This document shows positions 12,386 through 22,599 of a stretch of 48,602 bases of DNA, piece after piece. Origin of the DNA: Conidiobolus incongruus B7586 (lineage: Eukaryota). The notes under the pieces were generated by a model. The model made no database searches and had not been told where the DNA came from. It saw nothing but the letters and a program-made list of their open reading frames with translations. Within the stretch, counting starts at the first letter, position 1; each line of letters begins with the position of its first letter. The stretch is from positions 1 to 48,602 of the forward strand of contig JNEM01006243.1 of assembly GCA_000697335.1 (NCBI GenBank), read 5' to 3'. The position numbers were made by a program, and so were the translations under genes.

Positions 12386-14035
12386 ATGGATACTATAGCT
12401 ATTAGAGATCACAACTCAAAACATTTGAGTCCATTCAACCCGAAACGCAATCCGCCTTCCCCTTCAGAGAGTACGATATCGCCACCTCCCTCACTAGTTA
12501 ATCACGATACCGAAGCGGATACAGAATCACTGACACCCACACCTGGCATAATGAGGCTGGATCCCCTACAACCTATAGTGTTTATTTCCAATGGCTCCGA
12601 AGAAGAGTTGGGGTGCTACCTTGCCAATTATTTTTTGAAGAGGAATTGTAAAGTTATTTTAGGACTTCCTAAACCTTCGGAGCACCACGTTATCAATGGT
12701 AATTATTAATTATTGTTAGATAGTTTTATGACTAATTGGGTTGACTAGATTTGGATTGTGACAAAATTCACTTAAATATTAGAGATTCTCATAGCATTGA
12801 CTCAGTATATGAAGTAATTTTGATCGAATTTATAATTAACTATAATATTAACATGTTGATTTTTAGTTTATAAAGTCAAAATATGAAAGAATAGGTACAA
12901 ACTAAATTACATTATATATAAAAATTTAAACTTATATATTGTTCAAATTCTTTAGACATATTAGTAATACCACCCACAAAAGATTTAATAGGACCTCTTA
13001 TCAATTTAAATTTGAATAATTTAAAAAATTTGTTGGATTTTAACCTTATTGGTAACTTGAACTTGATTAAGAGTATTTCTAAATTAATGGTATTTGATTA
13101 TAATATGCTTGATATTATAAATGCTAACCTAGACAAATAGATAATGCAGAAATCGGGTATTATAGCTTTCGTAACGAGTGGTTTGGGTCATTGGGGTACT
13201 CCTTGGAATGGTAATAGAAACGTAATAATTTCATAATATAAAATATTAAAATTGATTTCGTTAGAGGCTTTTGGATTGAGTATGGCAAGTTTAAACTCTG
13301 TCATACAGACCCTTAAATTGGAATTAGCTCCATTTAATGTTTCTGTATTGAATTTTCAGCTTAAGTAACATATACTTTAATTCATTTATGATTTTATTTT
13401 TAATATTTTTGAATTATAGTGAAACTAAATCTCTCGTATTGAATAATAATTTAAGACATTTAAGTGTTCAAAGTAAATCATAACAATATGAATTAAAAAT
13501 ACTGGTTATTGATTATATTGATTTAGATCACTATGATCCTGTCAAAGACTACATCTACTGTTCAGGAGTGATGTCACATAGTGAAATTCATCACAAATTG
13601 GACAATGCAGCAAGTCAAATCGTCCAAACAATAATGAACAGACTTTCGGGCTTCCACAAACTTATGCACATTCTATTCTTACCATTTTATTATATTTTCT
13701 ACCTATTAGCTATCACAATCAACTTCATTATACCAGATCTAGCAGCCCATCTCAAATATTTTACAGTGGAGAATGCAATCTTTCCTGTTTATACCAGCGA
13801 TTACTATGTACTGGAAGGTTGGTTTAAAATTAATTTATTCTCCATCTCAAGCTGGCTGCCCGTGCCCTTGAGAGAGTGGCTGCTCTGGGATATTACAGGA
13901 TTAGGTTACATCAATTACCCAGCCCCAGAATTTGACGACCCTATATCAACTACGACAGAAGCCGATTACAAAACCTACTTCGAACAAAGTAATTATTCGA
14001 GAACTCCAAGATCTTCATTTTCATCATTCAAATAA
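12386..14035 (+). CDS. Multi-exon short-chain dehydrogenase/reductase-fold protein (Ayr1-like) with degenerate catalytic motifs
   Basis: Spliced exons read PIVFISNG..ELGCYLANYFLKRNCKVILG, IDILVIPP, FNLIGNLNLIKSI, KSGIIAFVTSGLG..GTPW, QTLKLELAPFNVSV: the classical SDR motif order. Hydrophobic segment in the last exon. Confidence 0.8.
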
Positions 14036-14107
14036 TTCAATAAAATCATATATATATATATATATTGAATCATTTTCAATGTAACTCAAAAGATTAATTC
14101 ATTATAT

Positions 14108-14823
14108 TTATTCTTTCAAAGATTTCAACTTTTGAGTTAAATTCTTCAATTTTTCATCCAATGGACCGAATACCAATCGTCCTTTGTCGTCGAAAACTTC
14201 TCCAAGGTGGAACGTTTCACTCTGGGTCTTGCCCTCGAGTTCAATGGTTAGGGTGTAGTAGGGTTGGTATTCCTTTAAAAAGGCTTTACCCTTGACTTTG
14301 AAAAAATCCTAAATTCTTACATTAACAAATAATTGGAAATTTGAACTAGATAATCGTTACTTGTCCAGGTTTCGCCTTATTCATATAAACAATATTCCCT
14401 TGGATAAAGTAACTTTGGTACATCATCAAACTTGTCAAAATGAAATACCTATATAATTCATAAGTCACAACAATTCAAAATCATAAAAAATAGCCTGTTT
14501 ACAAAACGGAAGCTACCATTGCAATATCTCTATGCTCTTGAAAATCGCGACCCCAACTATAATAAAATGTACTACCTGCGATAATCGCACTCAAGTACCC
14601 CAATATTAAATGACGATCGATAAAGGTGTGGTCTTCAGTTAGTTTTAAATCAGAATTAAAATACTAAACCGAATTAATAAAAATCGATGATGGTGAATTA
14701 TTTAATTACTCTGGCAATGCCTTCCGTCATAGCAGTCTTCAATTCTTTAATATTGTAACGGTCAATGGGTTCGGAACGTCTACTATTAGCGATAATATCT
14801 GAATTGGTGGTAGAATTAGTCAT
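14108..14823 (-). CDS. SPC2: Signal peptidase complex subunit 2 (SPC25 family), 4 exons; missed by the ORF track
   Basis: Spliced: MTNSTTNS..IDRYNIKELKTAMTEGIAR/YFNSDLKLTEDHTFIDRHLILGYLSAIIAG..SWGRDFQE..VL/YFILTSLM..QGNIVY../..YQPYYTLTIEL..GEVFDDKGRLV..KSLKE*. Two TM segments and typical SPC25 motifs. Confidence 0.88.
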
Positions 14824-15309
14824 ATTTATATATTATTTATGCTATAAGTATCTTAATCAATGAAAATTAAGCAAATATTGGATTTGATGTAAGTAGTATT
14901 TATGTTGAATTGAAGAAATGTATTTATTGAATGAATGTTTGGATAGATTTTAGATAGAAATTTGCTACCCAATGAGATTGTGATTGGTTAATTTTTGGGA
15001 GTGATTAGAAGGAGAATTAAAATTTAAATGATAAAATATTGCAACAAATAAAAATGATATATGTGTCAATTTGATGATTTACAAAAAAACCTTCAAAAAT
15101 ATTAATGGTTATATCGAATTGATGCTATGGGGTTAATATTAACTATTATATTATTTAAAACGAGGTATATTGATGAATTTAATATTTTATTAATTAATTT
15201 TTTTGTGAAATTCATAAGTTAATACTGTAATAAAGTATTTATTAATAATTATATAAATTATATGTTATAAAAAACTATAAAATCCTAAACAAATCTATCA
15301 ATTAATATG

Positions 15310-18300
15310 TTACTGATTCCAGCCATGATCATTCCTACGTTTGACAGGAGACGTTGGAAAAGTGCGTCCCTTGCCAAAACTCCTATCAAAGCTCAAATCT
15401 TCTTGCATTGTAATATCACCATTCAACGTACCAGGATCTTTGAACACTGTATTGAAAGGATTCTTATTATGGTAATTCTGGTTTGGATTCTGCATAGTGT
15501 TATTCTTTCTAGGCCCAATCTTAGGTAATGGACGTCCCGTAGTTACCGGTTTAAACACTTCTGGAAGATGTTTCAAAGGTTGATTTTCATCTACAATACC
15601 TGATTTGTCAACCTCTTCCTCCAGCAGTTTATCATGTAATGTATCCCATTGTACTTGGTTGAATTTGTCAAATTCTTCAATAACTGGAGAAACAAAATTT
15701 TCCAAATCTTTGCTCAGTTGCATATCGAGAGTGTGCTCGTTCAACGTCTCTTCCGATCCTGATGATGGTGGTGGGGTTTTTGACTGTAATTTCTCCAAAT
15801 TGTCCACGATATTCTTCTGCATGTTGAGATAGTCCTCCATCCTAGATTGGATCAGACGGTTCTGCTCCTAGATCGTTTTGGCTTTTTGCGCTTCTTTCAT
15901 AGCTTGGCGTTTGCTACGTTTAATCAGTGTCAATTCGTGCCACTCGGCCCATTTGCGAAATGGAATGCTTTCTGGTCCTTGATTATGCAAGTTCTTGTCC
16001 CCGTGACCGCCTTCTCCGTGACCTGTATCGGGACCGTCAATCTTTCTGGTAGCTCCCCAGTTAAAATCGTCGAATCGCCAGAATGCGTACGCTGGTAAGA
16101 CTAAATTCCAGATAGGGAGTGCTAGAATGAACACTCCCATCCACATGACATATGACGCTTTCTTGGTAGTTGTCAGGATGAGAACAGCTTGGAGTAAATA
16201 GGCGCCCGCCATCATTTCCAATGGCAGCAATACATCCTGACCCATAAAAGCAGCAATAATGAGATAAATGGTAAAGCACATACTTGCAGATAGCACTACA
16301 GTACCAATTAATTCCAACAGAATGACAAATTGCATTGAACAACAGAAAATACCACACAATTCAGGAACAAGTACTAATTCCAGCAGATTGTGAATGGTGG
16401 AACTGATCCATCGACGTCTTTGGGATAGCAATACGCTAAATTCGTCTGGAACTACGATTTTACATATAGCTCTAGGCACGTAAATCATTTTGCGATTGGG
16501 AAAAGTTCGCATCATTAGAGTAGTTAGGTAGCGGTCTTCACCCAACAGTAACAAATTCTTCTTATGTAATGTACTTACGTCGTTTGATGAATAATTGGTA
16601 ACAATATCTGGATTTGCTAAAACTGGGACATTGTAACCATCTTTGTTCTGAGCTTTAACGCGATACATACAGGAGGAACCCGAAAGACGTGCGACACCGC
16701 CGAAGATCGATTCGAAAGCTTTACCCAAATGATGACTGATATAGTATTGGTACACTTGTATTCGAGTCACCCAGGTATCTCGCTTGTTAGTTATTTGCGT
16801 CTCGCCGCACAAGCCCATAACTAATGGATCGCCCCCCATAGCAGCTACCATGATACCCAAAGCATCTGGCAATACTCTCCTATCGGCATCCACCATTAAT
16901 TCCAATTCATATCTGTCAGGTGCGACTCCCACTAGTTGACGCACCTTTTGGAAAATATCTTAATGCAGGGGGCTCATTGGTTCGTTAAAGCAAATAACTG
17001 CCAACCAATGCATCAAAATGAATTTAAGTCTCGTTTACCTTGATTACCAGCCTTGAGCTGCATTCTCTCATAAGGTAATCCATATTTGATAATTTTATAT
17101 ATAATACTCTGTGATCCAAAATATTATCTCTATGTGTACTTGAGCCAAATTGTGTTTTCAAGATCATCTCCAATTGCAATGTATGACTTTCGCTTTGGAG
17201 CTGGTACCCTCAGGTTAAAAGATTCCATAAGGTTGTGAAGGATTTGAGGTGTACTCTTTTCATTAGCCGATCCCGTAATATTGCCATCAACAATGACGAA
17301 TAATAGCTTGTGCATATCGTCATAATTGGACAATACTAAACTATTCAAGATATCCTTAACCGATTCCAACCATTCGAAATAACATGTAACTAATAACAAA
17401 ACGTGGCTCAACATATTTTTATCCCTCTTTTTACTATTAATCTTTCCTAACTTCCAACTCAAGAACCAATCGAAAGCCACAGGTGCCAAAAATTTTATGT
17501 GAGTCATAGTCAACAATATCATAGTGCTGCAAATCATAGCTATATTAGCAATAAAGCAACCGGTGGTAGTTCTATCCAATTTACCGACAACCAACTGCTT
17601 GTCAAAGCACAACACCAATTTTATGAGTGCGTAATTCCTTAAAACGTCCTTGGTAGCATCTTTCCCTATAAAACTTTGGAAGATCGGGTCCCACCCTTTG
17701 AAGTAGTGTTCTTCGTCCTTATCGCTGAAATATTCAGTGAGACTATACTTCTTGTCATTATACACGAAATACTTTGTATTTTGATCCCATGGAGACGTGA
17801 TGTTCTGCCAACTGTATACGACATAATCGTTCATTGCCAAATTCTTGAGCGTGGTCCAGCACTGTGTACTGATGTGACTACAGTTTTGTATCGTTGCCTA
17901 TCTTTTCCAGTTTTTTGCACGGATTTTTCTTGTTGTCCTCAGGCCAGAATTCGCACGTTGAGCCGCCCGAATCTGGGGGGAAGAAGTGTGAAATGCCGTG
18001 GCCGTATAATGTTTGGATAATTTCGTCTAAATCTTCGTCCTGAAGGGGTAGGATTGGATGATGGCCGCCCAATGGGAAGTACAGTCCCACATCGTATAAC
18101 TGACCTCGTATTATCATCAGTTTTTGGCCGCTGGATCGTGATCCGTGATCTCTGGCAACCCAGTCTACGAAGATTGGTATCTTTTTCTTACAAATTAAGC
18201 TAGCGAACCCAAATGTCAAGAAGCCCAGCATTGCCGAAATCAGGGCAATAATCACGCACAATGCCACCTTTTCACGCCAGGCTTGCTGAATTTTGGGATC

Positions 18301-20365
18301 TGTTAAATTGCCGAATTTTTTAAGGGCCCAGCTGAAGCAGCAGGCGTCACTACTTGCGAAAACAATTCCCATCGGGATTGAGGATTCAGTCCGAAGTGAT
18401 ACCATTTGTGCTTGTCGTCGATAGGTTTGCTCAAGTTGCTGAATTGAGCGGGTTGGTTCCCTTGGATAGCACCATTGCCTGAAAATGGGTCAATTGAGCT
18501 ATTGATGGATCCCTTTCAAGCTTTTCTTGCTCTCAGAGTATTCTGTCTATTTAAAGTAGAAGTGTACGACGGTACTTTAAGATCGGACAAATCCTCCGTC
18601 TTTTCAATTAACGGCTCCTCCAAACTGATATCGGCAAAATCATCCATAGTATTTTGTTTCTCCCAATTATCTGGCAAGGGACAAGGATAGGGATCGGTAC
18701 TACCCAAATCGTTGGGCATCGAAGGTTGTTTCTTGGAGCAAAGTTCTGTAAGATGATAAGCTGGTGTGGGCATTTGCAAACTATTCAAATCTGGGAATTG
18801 TTGTCCACGACTCAATTGTTTTTAATGACTTCTTTTGTATGCTCTATCTCCTATCTGCAAGATTTGAATCACTTTGGCGTGATCATCTTGCTTCACTAAA
18901 CTCAGTGCAGTTTGCGCTTGTTTGATTGTGGCATTTGGATATGCTCTAGCTTGTAATAGTAAATCAACGACATCTACATGGCCTGAAAATGATCCTATCA
19001 TCAGAGATGTCCAATCGTGAATGTCGGCAATATTGATACCTGCTCGAAAATCCAATAGTAATTTTACTGTTTTACTATGCCCTTGGAATGAAGCTATCAA
19101 GAGAACAGTCTTTCAGGTGTGATCCTTAAAATCCAGATAAGTTTGCATGAATGTACCGGTTGTAGTTTGAGGACTTGGAGACTGCGTCTGATAGTTAATC
19201 AATAGCCTCCGACATATTTCAGTATGACCTCCAGATGCAGCAGCCATTAATTGAGTTTGCAACAGTTTTGTAGCAACAAAAGGATCTACCTTATAGTACA
19301 ACATACGATCTACCTGGTCCAAAGAACCTCTCAAATAAGACTTATACAACGGAGTCTCGTCCGCCGCATCCTGATTATTCACATCAATCCCGCTCAAACT
19401 TAGAACCCAATTCAATATAGAAATTGGGAGAGCAGGATCCATACAACATCTCTGCAGCAGTGTAAAGCCTTGACTGTCGCAATACACATTCAAATCCATA
19501 TCCTTCCTGCAATAAACCCTCTGCAAGCCGTTGAGATCGTGCGCCTCTAAATGGTAAAACAATTGACTCACCAAATCTTTCGCATTCGTTTCCACGGGCG
19601 ATTCGGGATCATCGATTATATCCTGTAATGGATTATCTTCATCGTCATTGTAGTATACCGGACTTTTCGTATATTCCGGAGGGTCGAAAGCATCCATGAC
19701 TTTAGCCAAACTTTGGTCCAATATATCCACAGATTTCGTTTTGAAAATATCCTCAGGTGGTGGTCTTAGACTCTTGCTCTTTTTCGATAGAGATGCCGAT
19801 CTTGGATGTAAGTCAGATTCACTTAATAGTCCTTTGGTGTACACCATTTCTGGATGGTCTAAATCTATTGAATAAAAAATTTAAATTAAATGATTATATA
19901 ATTACCTTGCTTGGGTCCATCATCCAACATGCTATCATCCTCAAAGTCCATAGCTGCCCTTATCTGGCTGGTACTCTCCAAGCTATACTTGGAAGTGGAC
20001 GGAATCGGCTCCAAAAGACTGATCTAAGGCCTTATCAACTCACTATTCTCTATCCCTGCGTCGTCATATCTCGGTGGTTGACCACCGAACGTGGTGGGAA
20101 ACTTGCTCGTACTCTGCGTCGGCCTCTCCAGCTAGCTGGGCACCTCCATAATCGGCTCCAATCCCCCACCAGCTGGCCTGAACATATTATCGTTAGGATC
20201 CTGCCCATTCGTCTTGGTTTCTTTCGGATCCGGCGTTGAGTGAGTATTGGGACCTGCATTACCGGTACAATCCTCCAAAAAGATCTCATCAGTCAAGCCT
20301 CGCATTGATTCTTCCTCCTGAATATAAAAAACATCCGAATTGTCAGGACTTGAAATACTAATCAA
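15310..20365 (-). pseudogene. Disrupted chitin synthase (division 2, class IV/Chs3-like, cytochrome-b5-like domain) with N-terminal ankyrin repeats
   Basis: Colinear fragments: ankyrin repeats (19847-18822), QQAWREKVALC plus b5-like IRGQLYDV (18405-17878), VTCYFE..DGNITGS..STP (17840-17130), decayed GNxGKRD (~17050), MVDAD, LGEDRYLT and SQRRRW (16944-15868), then a C-terminal tail (15840-15310). Fragments are separated by in-frame stops and several frameshifts. The 5' boundary is uncertain. Confidence 0.9.
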
Positions 20366-21029
20366 AATTAGTGAAATATCTTAATGGCTATTAACATATC
20401 AATGAATATTGTGTTATAATCAATTATTAACGACCGGTTTTATAATATATAACTTCTTCGATATCAATCCGAGTTATTAATATTGACAAAATAAGATATC
20501 TTTAAAATTGATTAATTTAATATTAATCAAAATAGCAAAAACTATAAATCACAACCATTAAATAATCCTCAATAAAATATAGTTAGTTCAAATAACTGCA
20601 ATCAACTATATGGTTATCTTTTATAATAAATTTAGATTTAGGTATTTGGATTACATTAGTAACTAGATTAGAATGATGATTATAGTTATCATTTTATATT
20701 GTTAGAGATAAGTCACAGTATAAAATAATCTAAGAGTGACTGTTATTTACATTTACTATTAATTTGAAAAAATTAATGAATAATATTTAAAAATCTACAT
20801 ATTTAATAATAATAATAATAATTTTAAAAATTTTATTTGCTTCAAATTATCCAAAAAAATATATTAATTTTGTAAAATTTTGTTATATTTAATTAGAAGA
20901 AACTTTAATCTTGTTTAAAATATAAATATAATCAATTCCCCATAACTTATTTAATTAGTGATATTAGTCTTAATATAATATTTTAATTAATGCTCACAAA
21001 TTTTCCATTACTTTTGAGTACATCTATCA

Positions 21030-21640
21030 ATATTAAATCAAGGTTTATATAAATTATCATTTGAAATATAAATATTTGGATATTATTTTACAAATATAAT
21101 TTTATTTCAATATATATAGTATTTAACATATTATGATCATTTTTAATATATTTTTCAAAATATCATTTTTATTTTTGCCTACAAAATAACATAATAAATT
21201 GAAATATTATTAATCAATCTTAGATATTAGGATAAATTTAGGAAAGTTAAAATAATATAAACTCTAGGTAATATCAAGTTTATTCAGTTTATGATATTAA
21301 ATGGCCTTTTTATTGATTTAAGAAAGCATATCAAATAAACCAAAAGATTACATTAAGTTTAAGGTAACAATTTATAACAGATTCTATATAAATAAAATAT
21401 ACAATAATTATATATATATAATTTAAATCAAGAAAAACTTTCAAATGTCCTTAATGTCATGTAATGATAAACAAAATTATCAATATTTCTAGAATCATAT
21501 CCTTTTGTTATATAATAGCCAATTAAATCAGGTTTCCAAGAGGATTATCAGAGCTTACCCACTTGGGGTCTTTGGACTCTATGCAGGATTTGGACAAGGA
21601 AAATCATAATTGATCAACTTTGGACAAGTTTGATTATAAG
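21030..21640 (+). mobile_element. Degenerate Fanzor2/TnpB element relic, copy 2
   Basis: W-P-F-Y-*-F-K (from 21302; cf. WSHYRFK), N-K-P-K-D-Y..K-V-T-I-Y-N-R-F-Y-I-N-K-I-Y-N-N-Y (21334-21411; cf. KVxICDE.YTSKTCGNC) and K-T-F-K-C-P-*-C-H-V-M-I-N-K-I-I-N-I-S-R (from 21434). Nucleotide homology with 1112-1314. Weak L-N-Q-G (cf. RuvC-I LDPG) at 21033-21044. Confidence 0.78.
21525..21640 (+). ncRNA. Candidate omegaRNA scaffold / right end of Fanzor relic 2
   Basis: Shares GCTTAC, GTCTyTGGACTCyATGCwGGATTTGGA, AATTGATyAACTT, CAAGTTT and TATAAG blocks with 1200-1314. Confidence 0.5.
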
Positions 21641-22599
21641 AATATAAATCCCAGTCAATCTTAATCCAATTATAAATAAACAAATTAATTATCAATGCTT
21701 TCATCGTCGCACGCACCTCAAAAAGTATTGAATTAGCAATTGTAAAAGAAATAATCAGACGCCGGGTAGAATGTTAGAATTCACTAAATCGGAACCATTA
21801 TTGGTTCAAATTGACAAAGATTAAGTCAAGCTAACTTTAAATTCGCTATTGCAGATATTACTAATAGTTAGATGAGTCAGAAGGAAGTGGATGTTGCTAC
21901 CAATTTGGGATATATCAATGGGATTGTTCAGGTTGCTAAGTATTTAATATACTTCAAATTGTGTGAATTGAATCACTTATAATTTATTAGTTTTAGACCA
22001 TATTGAAAATTTGACAAAGACTGATTGAAATAGCATCAAAAAATTATCCATGTTAATATTACATAAAAAGATCTCAATTAATCCCATTTTTTAGAGCTTT
22101 TAGCATCAGTTTATTTTCCTTGATTTGTTTGATTCAAAACACTTTTTCACACCTCATATTGGATAATGACAATATCATTTTCATTAGACTAGGTACTGCT
22201 ACTAGCACCTGCCAAGGATGCAGCTTTTTTTGCTTATCCAAAACCATTCTTGATATAATAAGTGATTTATTTGCTATGGAACATCCCAGTCTCTACACTT
22301 TATCACCTAGTCCCAGTATGATGGATATTGAGATGCAAACCAATATTAGAGAGATAGATAATGACTGAATATTTTATCTAAATCCACAGAGAGTTAACTT
22401 TTTATTAGGCTCCAGTATCATCTAAGCTCAAATGTAAAAATGATTCCAAGATCTTAAGAGTGGTAATAAATTGTTATATCCCAATGTTCCTGAGATCACT
22501 GAAGTTTAAACAATCATGATCTTCTTTCCAGCAAATTCCAATTATAGATTTATCAATTGAGATATTTAATTATTATAAATTTAAAATCAGAGGAAATTT

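Noticed and set aside
15868..20134. Stop-codon reassignment, readthrough or RNA editing rescuing the chitin synthase
   Set aside because: All three stop types plus several frameshifts occur, and neighbouring genes end normally in TAA, TAG and TGA. A pseudogene is the simpler explanation.
15307..20289. Several + strand and alternate-frame ORFs over the chitin synthase locus
   Set aside because: Antisense or frame shadows of a GC-richer coding region, with no recognisable motifs.
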